Source: an uncultured Acidobacteriaceae bacterium (lineage in GTDB: Bacteria; Acidobacteriota; Terriglobia; Terriglobales; Acidobacteriaceae). Taken from it: a DNA stretch of 64,000 bases. The DNA lies in the NCBI GenBank assembly GCA_963756685.1, contig CAVWON010000007.1:85841-149840 (forward strand). The letters run 5' to 3'. Made by a program: the position numbers and the translations under genes. Under the pieces are notes generated by a model, which had not been told where the DNA came from, did not search any database, and saw only the letters and a program-made list of their open reading frames with translations. Positions 13,056 to 25,563 of this stretch are shown here, one piece after another (position 1 is the first letter of the stretch; each line of letters starts with the position of its first letter).

Positions 13056-13361
13056 TCGTTCTCTTTCACAACCAGGGACTGGGGACGACTTAATGAGATC
13101 CGCGACAGTTGACGCGGGACGAGGGTCTTACATCACGGCCGAACGACAGGAAAAACCATTCGATCGCGGATTTCAACCACGATGATAGCGATTGCAAGGC
13201 GAGCGCGTCAAAGGCTAAGCTGGCGGAGGACGACTTGATGGCGCTGCGGGTAGCTACTCCCGTCCCATGAGCAATGCCGAGGGACGAATATTGCGGGGAC
13301 CGGGGCCTAATTAGTCTGGTTCCAATCTGGTAACACAAAGGGGTATGACCCAAAAGTAGCT

Positions 13362-13391
13362 TTGACTTTGATAAATATCCCAGTCTATTCT
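13362..13391 (+). promoter_or_regulatory. Putative sigma70 promoter
   Basis: TTGACT-18nt-TATTCT upstream of the HTH gene. Confidence 0.45.
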
Positions 13392-13453
13392 TCGGTCAAC
13401 TAGCGTGCCACGGGCTGGCAGTTGGTTCGTGCCGGACGGGTTGAGCGGAGCGA

Positions 13454-13870
13454 ATGGAACGATTCTGCGACGAACTGCGATGGGAGCGCGAACGGCGCAA
13501 GGTCTCGATCGAGAGGATCTGCGAGGAGACGAAGGTCTCAGTGCGTCATTTGCTTGCGCTGGAGGCGGGAGAGTACGACGCGCTGCCTGGCGGGGTCTTC
13601 CGGAAGGGGATCGTTCGCAGTTATCTGGCGGCGATCGGCCTCGATGAAGTCCCCTGGATTGAGCGGTTTGAGACCAGTCTGAGGGAGAGCGGCGCGGAGA
13701 GCGAGGACACCGACTGGACTGAGTTCGCGGAAAATGTGCGCCGGAACCGAGTTGGGGCCGAATCGAGGACGAGTCTGCGATGGATGGGCGTCGGAACGAT
13801 GGCGACGATGCTCATAGCGCTGGGTTGGGCGGTGTGGAAGTTTGCCCTGCATGGGCGTTTGATTCCATAG
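13454..13870 (+). CDS. RodZ-like HTH protein (HTH plus C-terminal TM, no periplasmic domain)
   Basis: LRWERERRKVSIE.I.EETKVSVRHLLALEAGEYDALPGGVFRKGIVRSY..AIGLD. Confidence 0.85.
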   Translation: MERFCDELRWERERRKVSIERICEETKVSVRHLLALEAGEYDALPGGVFRKGIVRSYLAAIGLDEVPWIERFETSLRESGAESEDTDWTEFAENVRRNRVGAESRTSLRWMGVGTMATMLIALGWAVWKFALHGRLIP

Positions 13871-13922
13871 AGCCAGCTCGTCATTTTCCTGTTGGATCGA
13901 TTCGAACCAAATTCAGATCTGC

Positions 13923-15011
13923 CTAGCGGGCCGCGGCAATCGGTTTCTGCTTAAGGCGCATGATTGGATTCTCGAAGTATCGCTTCGAGAGGGTGGCGAG
14001 CACGACCGCAATACCGTTTGCTATCGCGAAGCGAGTCAGCAGAGCACCTGCATGGGTCAGGTAACGCATCGCCGAAGAGACGGTCGTACAACATCGCAAC
14101 AGAGCATATGGATGAGGTAGAGTCCGTAGCTAATCTCACCGAAGAAGAGAAGGAAGCGCTAGTCCTTTCTGGAATTGGCGTTGCCCTGTAGGCATACAGC
14201 GTCAGAATCAGCATTCCGCCGGTGATCAATTCCAGCATGGAGTACCCGAGGCTCGCGCCTAAGGCGTCTCCTTTCAGGGTGCTGCCCGCATTCGACAGGA
14301 CGAGCAAGATTAGGCCTGGAATGCAGATGAGGGCGGTGCCGATCCAGACGAGTGCCTTGAGTCCGAGGCGCGGCGATCTGCAAAGGATGGCGATTGCGGC
14401 CCCGACAGCGAGGTTGTCCCCGATCATGAAGGTCTTGCTGAAGATATCCGCCTTGGAATCGGGTGATCGTGATCCCGCGGAGCACCGGACAGAACAGGAT
14501 CATAGCCACGCAGAGGACGAACAGACCGTTCCTGCGCAGATCGGCGATATAGCCAGGGCCAAACTGCATAGAACTGCTCTTCCACAGCCAAAGCCCATAG
14601 GACGGGATAAAGGACAAAAGAACCATGCAATAGCAGCTTTGGCCAATTTGCTAGAAACATCACGCACACGGCCAGGTAGTTCAGCGATGCTGTCCGCGTT
14701 AGGCCGAGGACGATCAGCACCAGGAAATAGGCAGGGAGAATACGGAGGGCCCGTCGAATGTAGAAACGCAAGTAGAAGTTCGGCTTGCCGTCGGAATCGA
14801 TCAGATTTCCCGTGATTAGGAACCCGGAGAGCGTGAAGAACAAGTTGACCCCAGTCCAGCCGAAGCTGGTGAGATGGAACAGCGCGCCGGCCAGCCGGCT
14901 ATGCCATGGAAAGTGGGGCGCGCTATAGGCGAACCCGTGAAAAAAGACCACCGCGAGGATCGCTACTCCCACGAAGAAGGTCGAGCCCCGGCATGCGCGG
15001 CGTGAGAACAT
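13923..15011 (-). CDS. Acyltransferase family 3 (OafA-like); frameshifted
   Basis: GVAILAVVFFH, GVNLFFTLSGFLIT, FYIRRALRILPAY, WALAVEEQFY and SKRYFENP motifs. Confidence 0.88.
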
Positions 15012-15357
15012 CTCTTGCGTTACCGCGGCTACTCTGGGGACCGTGAGCGGTTGGGGTCAACACTTCTAGCAGCAAGGGACTTTCGTACCACCTTTTTCTT
15101 GAACAGAATGCGTCTGATGATAACTAACTCCCCTGAGAATACGCACTTACACGTTGGGGCACACGGAAATTGCATAATTACTAACTTGGTTCGATCCGAA
15201 TTGGGAATCACTGTTCAATGCAGGATCTTGCTGTTTAGGAACGAATGCGAACGATTAGGGACGGAACTTTGCGGGAGCCGGGGACGGACGGGTAAAATGA
15301 GAGGGTTGCATGCTGTTCGGACTAAGTGTCCGGCAGGTACTCTTTGGAGGAGTTGTT

Positions 15358-16530
15358 TTGGCTAAACGCGACCGTTTTTTGTTTACGAGTGAGTCTGTGA
15401 CTGAAGGGCATCCGGACAAGATTGCCGACCAGATCTCCGATGCGATTCTTGATGCCTGCCTGGCGCAGGACCCCTACAGCCGCGTGGCGTGCGAGACGCT
15501 GACCTGCACCGGACTGGTGGTGATTGCCGGCGAGATCACGACGAAGGCGTATGTGGACTTCCAGAGCCTCGTGCGCGGAACTGTCGCGGCGATCGGCTAT
15601 GACAATGCGCTGTACGGGTTTGACTCGAACACGTGCGCGGTGATCTCGACGATCAATAAGCAGTCGGGCGATATTGCTATGGGCGTGGATACAGGCGGCG
15701 CGGGCGACCAGGGGATGATGTTCGGGTATGCGACGAACGAGACTCCGGAGCTGATGCCGACGCCGATCTCGCTGGCGCACAAGCTGGCGCATAAGCTGAG
15801 CGAGGTCCGCAAGTCGGGGCTGATGTCGTACCTGCGGCCGGATGGCAAGAGCCAGGTGACGGTGGAGTATGACTCGAACCATAAGCCGGTGCGTGTGGAT
15901 GCGGTGGTGATCTCGACACAGCATGCGGAGAACGTTGGAAACGAAGAGTTGCGCGGGGACATTCTGAAGAATGTGATTCAGGCAGTTATTCCGGCGAATC
16001 TGCTGGATGAGGACACGAAGTACCACATCAATCCGACGGGGCGGTTCGTTGTCGGTGGGCCGATGGGCGATACGGGGTTGACGGGACGGAAGATCATCGT
16101 CGATACGTATGGCGGCATGGGACGGCATGGCGGCGGAGCTTTCAGCGGTAAGGACGCTACCAAGGTCGACCGTTCTGCGGCTTATATGGCCCGGTACGTG
16201 GCGAAGAACATCGTCGCCGCTGGTTTGGCTGATCGTTGCGAGGTGCAGCTTGCTTATGCGATTGGCGTGGCTGAGCCGGTGAGCGTGCTGGTGGATACGT
16301 TCGGTACGGGCAAGGTCGATGAGACCAAGCTGGAGGAGCTGGTGCGGAAGAACTTCTCGCTGACGCCGAAGGGCATTATCGAGGGGCTCGATCTGCGAAA
16401 GCCGATCTTCAAAGCGACTGCGGCGTATGGCCACTTCGGACGCAAGGGCGATAGCTTTACGTGGGAGAAGACGGACAAAGCTGCCGCACTGGCCGAGCAA
16501 GCTGGACTCAAGGCTGTCGTCAATCGGTAG
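15358..16530 (+). CDS. metK: S-adenosylmethionine synthetase
   Basis: [33 protein letters not shown] and GGGAFSGKD motifs; TTG start after GGAGG. Confidence 0.98.
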   Translation: MAKRDRFLFTSESVTEGHPDKIADQISDAILDACLAQDPYSRVACETLTCTGLVVIAGEITTKAYVDFQSLVRGTVAAIGYDNALYGFDSNTCAVISTINKQSGDIAMGVDTGGAGDQGMMFGYATNETPELMPTPISLAHKLAHKLSEVRKSGLMSYLRPDGKSQVTVEYDSNHKPVRVDAVVISTQHAENVGNEELRGDILKNVIQAVIPANLLDEDTKYHINPTGRFVVGGPMGDTGLTGRKIIVDTYGGMGRHGGGAFSGKDATKVDRSAAYMARYVAKNIVAAGLADRCEVQLAYAIGVAEPVSVLVDTFGTGKVDETKLEELVRKNFSLTPKGIIEGLDLRKPIFKATAAYGHFGRKGDSFTWEKTDKAAALAEQAGLKAVVNR

Positions 16531-16547
16531 AATCGGACGCAGCTATG

Positions 16548-16575
16548 AGAGGGCTCGCTGGCGAGCCCTCTTTTT
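16548..16575. terminator. Intrinsic terminator after metK
   Basis: AGAGGGCTCGC/GCGAGCCCTCT stem followed by a T run. Confidence 0.75.
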
Positions 16576-17743
16576 ATTTTAACTGGCTGAATGCTTAGCT
16601 CGGAGGGGTGTTTGCGGCTCCACCATTGGAGGATGAGGCGGCGACATGGACGCTCCAAAAAGAGGTGAAGCAAAATCGATACCGGAATTACGATCGCGAG
16701 CTTCCAAAGAGCAGCCTGAATGTTTTCGCCCGCACCGAACACAGACTTTGTCCAGTTATTGAAGAGGAAGTGAATGAGATAAAAAGCGAAACTAGCCTCT
16801 CCGAGGAGAACCAGAATTGGATTGGACAAAAGACGGGCGAGCCAATTGTCTTCACTCAACCCGAGAATGATCAATGCGAAGCTGGGGATGAGTAGTCCGT
16901 TGTGTAACAGAATCAGCGGAAGATGATTGGACAGCATGAGAATAGCTGCCAGGGTAGTGAGTCCAGCGACGGCCAGATATGGTGTGCTTTTTAAGCTCGG
17001 CCGAAAGAGGAGAAATAGCCACCCGGCTGATATGCCCGCGAGAAATTGTGGGAGCGCAAGAAGCGGAAGACGACGAACGCGGAAGACCTGATTTGCGCCG
17101 GCGACTGCAGAAGCGATGTCTTCGGCTCAGGCAGCTTGGGGGTATAGCTTGAGACACAGTAAAGGAACGGCGATAGCCAGCGTCCAGAAGACGACCATCG
17201 AGAGAATAGCCCTCCTGGCGGTTGAGGGACGAAGGCGCATGAAGACAAACGGGAAGACAAGATAGAAAAATGCCTCGCTGGAAAGACTCCAGGCAGGGAT
17301 ATTAAGAAGTTGACTGCGCGTATAGACCATGACTGAATCATCAAAAGATCTGCAATGAAGGCGAGGATGTGAATTTTCTTGTCGAACTGCGTTATGCCGG
17401 TGCAGGCTGCAAAGATCATGCTGACCAGATATATGGGATATATTCGAGCCAGTCGGGCGACCCAGAATTTAGGAGCGTTCCCTTTGCCGCTTTCGTACTC
17501 GCGGGCATGACTATAGGTCAGGATGAAACCAGACAGCACGAAGAAGAAACTAACTCCGGTGTAACCTACGCTCATCACTGAAGATAGAGGGCCCCAGAGG
17601 GAAAAGGGGCGAACGAAGTGATACAGGGCAACGTGCAGCGCTACGAAGAATCGAATAGATGTAAGGGCCTTGATATTAGGGAGCCGCTTGACCCCGGGGG
17701 TATTGCCCGGACTGCGGGCATCGATTATTTGATTCAACTGCAT
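16574..17743 (-). CDS. Acyltransferase family 3 (OafA-like); frameshifted
   Basis: LTSIRFFVALHV, GVSFFFVLSGFIL, ARLARIYPIY, WSLSSEAFFY and LGEASFAFYLIH motifs. Confidence 0.88.
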
Positions 17744-17862
17744 GAAAGAGTTTCCATCATCAAAAAGTAATGCGGTGCCCGTGTAATCGAAACTTTGACG
17801 ATAATAGGTAGTTTTGACACAGAGTGTATGGTAGACGATCTCTGGTTCTACGAGGGGACAGC

Positions 17863-18793
17863 ATGTTGATTCGTTCTGAATACGACATTCAATTTCATCT
17901 CACGATGCCTACGCCCATGATGGCGATGCTACATCTGCATCCGTCGCTGGAGCCGCAGGTAAGGGCCGGCAATGAGTTGAAGGTGGAGCATATTGATCGC
18001 GAGACGAAGACCGATGTTGCGGCCTCGCAGTATCGCGATGTGTTTGGGAACCGCTGCACACGGTTTATGACGCCGGCAGGCGCGATACGGCTGAGCGGGA
18101 GCAGCGTCGTTGAGATGGAGGGGCTGGCTGATCCGATCAATGCGTACGCGACGCAAGCTGCCGTGGAAAAACTACCGTCTGAGGTGCTGCAGTTCCTGTT
18201 GCCCAGCCGCTACTGCGAAGTGGACCGGTTTGGGCCGATCGCGCAGGACCTGTTTGGGTGGATGACACCAGGATGGACGAGGGCTTCGGCGATTCGCGAC
18301 TGGGTGCCATGAGAAGGTGGCGTTCAACTATAACGCGGCGCGGCCCACGAAGACGGCGATGGATGTTTATACGGAACGAATTGGGGTTTGCCGGGACTAC
18401 CAGCACCTGGCGATTACGCTATCGCGGTGCCAGAACATTCCGGCGCGGTATGTGACGGGATATCTAGGGGACATTCGTGCGCCTTACAGCGGGGCAGGCG
18501 ATTTCAGTGCGTGGTACCAGGTGTTTCTCGACGGGCGATGGATGACGATGGACGCTCGGCATAATGAGCCGCGGGTTGGGCGAGTGTTGATGGGAACCGG
18601 GCGAGACGCTGCAGACGTTGCGATTACCACTTCGTTTGGGAATGCGATTCTGACGAACTTCTATGTCGACAGCTATGAGGTGCTGGAGGACGGGACGACC
18701 GTGCCAAGCCTGCCGGGAACCACGGTGCAGGAGGCCGTCGTGACGTCGGCGAACAGGGGCTCGGCTGGTGCAATTCAGGGCTTTGCGGAGTAG
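17863..18793 (+). CDS. Transglutaminase-like protein; frameshifted near 18308
   Basis: FLLPSRYCE, GVCRDYQHLAI.L.R..NIPARYVTGYLGD, DFSAW and GRDAADVA motifs. Confidence 0.9.
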
Positions 18794-19284
18794 AAGGTAT
18801 AGGCGGCGGTGTAGGGGACGCGGGCGCTTGTGTTGAGATGCTGGGAGTCGCAGCCGGTAATGGGAGCGATGCCGCCGTGGGTGTCGGAGCGACGGATGAA
18901 TTCAACTTTAGCGAGAACGCCGGTATCGTCTTCGTTGACTGCTTTGAGAAGAAGCCAGGGAATAGCCGTGGCTTCGGGGGAGGCACTCTTTGCGACGACC
19001 TCGCCTTTGACAGTGCTGCCGTCAAAATATCTCCAGCTGGGGCCAGCACCGTGGACCCCTACTTTGGCGCCGGATGCGTCGAAGAGTGAGGCGTCGGGGG
19101 CCTGAAAGACCCATTGTGGGACGTTCGCCACCAGTTGACATGCGTAAATCTGAACGCCCTTGCCGGTAACGGTGAGGACGGGGTGTTGTGAGGGTGGCGG
19201 GTCGGTGGGATTTTGGGCAGTTGCAGTAGTCGCGATAGACAGCGTCGTCGCAAGAAGCAGACGGAGGTGGTGGTGATGCGTCAT
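18775..19284 (-). CDS. Secreted DUF3455-family protein
   Basis: Signal peptide; GKGVQIYAC, HGAGPSW, IPWLLL, RSDTHGG.AP and VPYTA.Y.FY motifs. Confidence 0.8.
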   Translation of the reverse strand: MTHHHHLRLLLATTLSIATTATAQNPTDPPPSQHPVLTVTGKGVQIYACQLVANVPQWVFQAPDASLFDASGAKVGVHGAGPSWRYFDGSTVKGEVVAKSASPEATAIPWLLLKAVNEDDTGVLAKVEFIRRSDTHGGIAPITGCDSQHLNTSARVPYTAAYTFYSAKP

Positions 19285-19372
19285 TGACCATAGTCTACCT
19301 TGCTCTGGTTTCACCAGTTCGGGTGAACGAAACGGAGTGTGCGGATTGGTGGGCGGTGGGAGGATACTGGAT

Positions 19373-20491
19373 ATGACGATGACGAGTGAAGTAAAGACAG
19401 ATGCAGGCGCGATTGTGGTTCCCAGTTATTTTCCGGGGAAGCAGTGGCAGCAGGTGCTGGAGCGGGACGCTCGGGCGGATGGGCAGTTTGTGTATGCGGT
19501 GAAGTCGACGAAGATTTACTGCAAGCCGAGTTGCGCGAGCCGACGGCCTACGCGGAAGCAGGTGAGCTTCTTCCCTTCCCCGGCACAGGCTGAGGCGGCA
19601 GGGTACCGGGCTTGCAAGCGGTGTGAGCCTGAGCGAACGGAGGCGAAGGCGGACCCGCAGGCCGGGGCGATTGCTGCTGTGACGGAGTACCTGAAGGAAC
19701 ATGCAGAGGAGCGCACGCGGCTGGCCGATGTGGCGAAGGCGACTGGAGTGGGAAGGCTGACGATTCTGCGCGGATTTAAGCGCGTGCTTGGGGTGAGTCC
19801 CGGACAGTATGCGAAGGAGGCTCGGCTGGAGAGGTTCAAGAGCAAGGTGCGCGAGCCGAAGAAGGGGAAGGCGCCCATTACGGACGCGATCTATGAGGCG
19901 GGGTACGGGTCGAGCAGCAGATTGTATGAGAAGAGTTCGACTGCGCTGGGCATGACGCCGCGCGTGATGCGGGAGGGTGGTGCCGGGCTGCTGATTCGCT
20001 ATACGACGGCGGCGAGTCCGCTGGGACGAATGCTGGTGGCGACGACGGACGTGGGGATTTGCTCGATTGCGTTTGGACGGGACGATAAGGAGTTGGTCGC
20101 CGGGCTGCGGGAGAAGTTTTCGAAGGCACAGTTGGTGGCGGCCAAGGGAAATACCGGCTGGCTGGCGGACGCGGTTGCGTTTGTGGCGAGTCAGTTGGGA
20201 GAGCATCCGCTGGCGGCGACGTTTCCGATCGATGTGCGGGCCACAGCGTTTCAGCAGCGGGTGTGGAAGGCGCTGCAGGGGATTCCGCGGGGAGAGACAA
20301 GGAGTTATTCGGAGCTGGCGCTGCAGTTGGGTGTGCCGAAGGCTTCGCGAGCCGTCGGTGCGGCGATTGGGTCGAACCCTGTCGCGGTCGTGGTGCCTTG
20401 CCATCGTGTAGTCGGGAAGGACGGCTCGTTGACCGGGTACCGGTGGGGCGTGGAACGGAAGCGGAGATTGCTGGAGGCGGAAAAAGGCTGA
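19373..20491 (+). CDS. ada: Bifunctional Ada regulator / O6-methylguanine-DNA methyltransferase
   Basis: Zn-binding YCKPSC..AGYRACKRC, AraC-type HTH and VPCHRV active site. Confidence 0.95.
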   Translation: MTMTSEVKTDAGAIVVPSYFPGKQWQQVLERDARADGQFVYAVKSTKIYCKPSCASRRPTRKQVSFFPSPAQAEAAGYRACKRCEPERTEAKADPQAGAIAAVTEYLKEHAEERTRLADVAKATGVGRLTILRGFKRVLGVSPGQYAKEARLERFKSKVREPKKGKAPITDAIYEAGYGSSSRLYEKSSTALGMTPRVMREGGAGLLIRYTTAASPLGRMLVATTDVGICSIAFGRDDKELVAGLREKFSKAQLVAAKGNTGWLADAVAFVASQLGEHPLAATFPIDVRATAFQQRVWKALQGIPRGETRSYSELALQLGVPKASRAVGAAIGSNPVAVVVPCHRVVGKDGSLTGYRWGVERKRRLLEAEKG

Positions 20492-20524
20492 CGCGTTCTT
20501 TTGCCGAACAGGTAGAGTAAGGCG

Positions 20525-21851
20525 ATGGCAGAGACGGTCAGCGGAACGGTAATAGACGGTCGCGCGCTGTACGCGAAGATTTCGTGGCGACTGATTCCTT
20601 ACATGTTTCTGCTGTATATCGTGGCATATATGGATCGCGTGAATGTGGGGTTTGCGGCGATGGATATGCAGCGGGACCTGCACTTCAGCAATACGGTGTA
20701 TGGGACAGGTGCGGGAATATTTTTTCTTGGCTATGCACTTTGCGACCTGCCGAGCAGCCTGATTCTGCGGTGGGTCGGGACGCGGGTATGGATCGCGCGC
20801 ATCATGATCTCGTGGGGTGTGGTCTCGGCCTGCATGGTGTGGGTGTCGTCGCCGGGATCGTTTTATCTCTTGAGGTTTCTTCTGGGAGTGGCTGAGGCCG
20901 GATTTGTTCCCGGGATGCTTCTTTATTTGACCTTCTGGTTCCCTTCTCACGAACGAGCGCGCGCTGTCGCTAAATTTATGACGGCGACTTCGTTGGCTGG
21001 AGTGGTGGGCGCGCCGCTGTCGAGCGCGCTGCTGAAACTGGACGGGGTGGCTGGGCTAAGTGGATGGCAATGGCTGTTTTTGTTTGAAGGTGTGCCGACG
21101 GTGTTGCTGGGTGTTTCCGTGCTCTTTGTGCTGAAGGACGGCCCGGCAGTGGCTGACTGGCTGAAGCCCGAGGAGAGGACACTGGCTAAAGCGTGAGTTG
21201 CAGCTGGACGAGGAGCGGTACGGCGCGGCGCAGCATCACAATCTGCTCGATGCTTTCAGGCTGCCGGCGGTATGGGTGCTGGCTGGCGTGTACATCATCA
21301 TTCAGATTGGGGTGTACATCGTCAATCTATGGATGCCTTTGATTTTGAGCGGCCTGGCACATGGGGACGGCGCCGCAGACGCGAGTTTGATCGCGCGATA
21401 TGCAACGGTGCCATACGTTCTCGCAGCGATCTTTACTGTCGTGCTGGGTTGGAGCTCGGATCGATGGAACGAGAGACGGGGGCATCTCGCAGGTTGCATG
21501 GCGCTGGCGGCGGGCGGTTTTGCGTGGGCCGCGCGTGCGCAAAGTGTCCCGATGGCGCTATGTGCGATGTCGCTGGTGGCGATTGGGTTGTGGAGCACGA
21601 TGGGGCCGTTCTGGGCGCTGACTACACGCATGATTGGAGGTGCAGCGGCGGCCGGGGGGGTCGCGATTATTACGATGGTGGGTGCAGTCGGGGGATTTCT
21701 CGGGCCGTATGTAACCGGGCGGTTGAGGGACGCGACCCATAGCTTCGCGGGTGGACTGTACCTGATCGGTGGGTTGGCTCTGGCGGCGGCGATGCTTGCT
21801 CTGGCGGCGCGAGGTTCCGAGGCGAAGCTCAGCGGTCAAGTGCAAGTGTGA
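20525..21851 (+). CDS. MFS transporter (ACS/TtuB-like); frameshifted
   Basis: AYMDRVNVGFA, WIARIMISWG, GVAEAGFVPG and GWQWLFLFEG motifs. Confidence 0.9.
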
Positions 21852-21915
21852 GGATAGCCTGAACAATCCAGCTATTTCGATCTTGCATCACGACGTAGAT
21901 GTTATTGCTTCTTTA

Positions 21916-22782
21916 TTACATTGATGACCTTAGACCGATCACTCTGAGTTCTTCACCTTCAAGAGAGAGCGGCTGGTCATGGTCAATCGCGTCACGGAGA
22001 TCTGTAACGTTGCATTCGTCGGAAAACGCCCGGACCCTAAAACCAAATGGCGTCATGTTCTTTTCAAAGAACCCGCCTTCAAGGGCCAGCGTGTGTTTTT
22101 CGTTGATCATCGTCGGCCAGCGGACGCCGAGCTCGCGAGCTTTCTTCCCTCCTGAGTTGGGGACCATGATGAAGACGACACCGCCGGGCTTCAAGACGCG
22201 GGCAAAGAATTCGAATATCTCCTTGAGCGAGAGCAGGTGCTCGAGCACATGGGAGGCGAAGATACCATCGACCGACTGCGAGGGGACGTGCTGCAGGTCA
22301 TCAAGCTTGTCGAGAATTTCGACGCCGAGTTGTTGACGGCCGAGTTCAGCACGAGGCCGTGAGATTTCAAAGCCGAAGGCATCGTATCCGGCCTGCTTGA
22401 GCTGGTAGACACCGTAGCCCCAGGAGCACCCGAAGTCCAGGACACGCCCCTGCGGCAGGAAGGTCTTGAGCACTCCAATCTGGTCAGCAAAGTCTTTAGG
22501 GGAGCCGGCGAAATTGTTGGCGATAAATGAATTCAGAGTGGCCGGGTCGGGCAGCTCCGTCGTGAAACTGACCTCCTGGTAGGAGTTCTGGTAGAACTTT
22601 TCGCTGAACCCGGGAGTCTCCTTGGGCCAGCGAAACATGAGACCGCAGTCCTGGCATTTGCGCAGATGAAGAACCAGGTTTTTTCGCGCGACGAGATCCG
22701 TTTTCGTTGACTGACAAAAGGGACAGTTCTTGTCGGACCCATAGTTCAAAAGAATTCTCGTTACGAAGGTCAAGCGGCTCAT
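21916..22782 (-). CDS. Class I SAM-dependent methyltransferase with N-terminal CxxC pairs
   Basis: CPFC..CQDCG; VLDFGCSWG, SHVLEHL and LKPGG motifs. Confidence 0.85.
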   Translation of the reverse strand: MSRLTFVTRILLNYGSDKNCPFCQSTKTDLVARKNLVLHLRKCQDCGLMFRWPKETPGFSEKFYQNSYQEVSFTTELPDPATLNSFIANNFAGSPKDFADQIGVLKTFLPQGRVLDFGCSWGYGVYQLKQAGYDAFGFEISRPRAELGRQQLGVEILDKLDDLQHVPSQSVDGIFASHVLEHLLSLKEIFEFFARVLKPGGVVFIMVPNSGGKKARELGVRWPTMINEKHTLALEGGFFEKNMTPFGFRVRAFSDECNVTDLRDAIDHDQPLSLEGEELRVIGLRSSM

Positions 22783-22920
22783 TCTCGTCCTGATCGAAAG
22801 CGATTGCTGGTAGTGAAAGACATTTCGTTGATGTTACGCGAGGACGTTGGTACTCTTATATACAGGTGAGTTTACTTCGCCCGGTAGTGCTTTCTACCAT
22901 TCAAATATATTGAGGCTTCT

Positions 22921-24379
<1,459 letters not shown>

Positions 24380-24395
24380 TTTTCCGCTGAGCTGG

Positions 24396-24431
24396 AAAAG
24401 GGCCGCAGAGGAGATTCCTCGTGGCCCTTTT
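24396..24431. terminator. Bidirectional terminator
   Basis: AAAAGGGCCGC...GTGGCCCTTTT stem between convergent genes. Confidence 0.7.
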
Positions 24432-24535
24432 ACTTTGTTGCATGGAGAGAACAGGACAGCCTTAGTCCAGTTTTCAGATTTCTGGCGTCGAGGAACCGAA
24501 GTCTTCAGCGGTGACGAAGGCGAATAGGGCCAAGA

Positions 24536-25297
24536 TCAGTTCGTAGCACTCGGGGGATCGAAGTCTTCAGCCGTGATGACCTGCAGGCCGGGGGCCGTGG
24601 CGAGCGACTGGTCGACGAGCACGATGGTGCGTGCAGAACCGACGGAGTACGCGACCTGGGGGCCGGTATAGGCGGCGACCGTGCTGCCGGGAGCAGTGCC
24701 GGTGGGCAGCATGACGAGGCTGTACGTGCCGCTGGGGACATTGAGGTAGCCAGTGTTGGCGCCGAAGGGGACGCCAGTAACGAGAGGCGCGACGGCGGTG
24801 AGCCTCACGCCAGCGGGGACGAGATAGATATCGACCGCGGTGATGTGCGTGGCCTGGTTGATGAAACGCAGAGCGATCTGGCCCGCGGGTGCGGGCTGGC
24901 TCTGGTCAACGAAGGTCAGGTGCTGCATGTTTGCGATCGAGTTGCCGATCAGTACGGTGTACTGAGTGGAGGGGGCAAAGGTCGCTTTGGAGGAGGAGAG
25001 GACTTGTTTGCTTCCGGCGGTGTTGGCGTTAATCGTGTAGCTACCGGGGGCAAGTTGAATGTACGAAGTAACGGTGCCGAATCCGACATTGTAGGCGAGA
25101 GCGTTAGGGCCTTGATAGATGTCGAGGCCGCGGGCCTCGGGCGTGACGTCAGGGGTGGCGTCGATGATGCGGACCTGTGATTGCGGCTCGGTACTGGCGA
25201 TGGCCCCGCAGCCGGTAAGGACAAGCGTCCCGAGGATCGCGAGAGAGGCGGTGAGGCGAGATAGGGGACTGTCGAGATAAAGAGGTTTGGCAAACAT
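24536..25297 (-). CDS. DUF4397-like lipoprotein
   Basis: Lipobox LVLTGC; two repeats of VR.I.A.....VDIY and Y..V..GTY. Confidence 0.75.
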   Translation of the reverse strand: MFAKPLYLDSPLSRLTASLAILGTLVLTGCGAIASTEPQSQVRIIDATPDVTPEARGLDIYQGPNALAYNVGFGTVTSYIQLAPGSYTINANTAGSKQVLSSSKATFAPSTQYTVLIGNSIANMQHLTFVDQSQPAPAGQIALRFINQATHITAVDIYLVPAGVRLTAVAPLVTGVPFGANTGYLNVPSGTYSLVMLPTGTAPGSTVAAYTGPQVAYSVGSARTIVLVDQSLATAPGLQVITAEDFDPPSATN

Positions 25298-25563
25298 GGA
25301 TCGCCGGCCCGTGGGGAGTATGTTGATTCGGGAGATCAACATGCTTCAACTCTAAACGATTTGACGGCAGCAAACGACGACGGAATCGAGTGCGCCAATG
25401 GCTAAATCGTGGGACATGGCTACATGGCACCCAGGGGACGGGAGCCTTGGATCCGAAGGGTGTAGGCATCTAGGACGGTTGCGGGGCGGAGGGCATTGTG
25501 ACGATGGGGGGACGGTAGTTGTCGCGGAACGACTTCCAGGTGAAAGAGAAGGTGTTCCGGGTG

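Noticed and set aside
13056-13360. Possible ncRNA in the 300-nt intergenic region
   Set aside because: Only weak hairpins and no recognisable family motif
19267-19284. MTHHHH start of the DUF3455 gene as a His-sensing leader
   Set aside because: It is the N-region of a signal peptide with no attenuator structure, and the start codon is uncertain
19295-20950. Long antisense ORFs (for example 19295..20950, 15322..16500, 2469..3410, 46949..47878)
   Set aside because: Shadow frames of well-supported genes in high-GC DNA
22783-22920. SAH or SAM riboswitch upstream of ahcY (also checked upstream of metK)
   Set aside because: No recognisable consensus motifs seen
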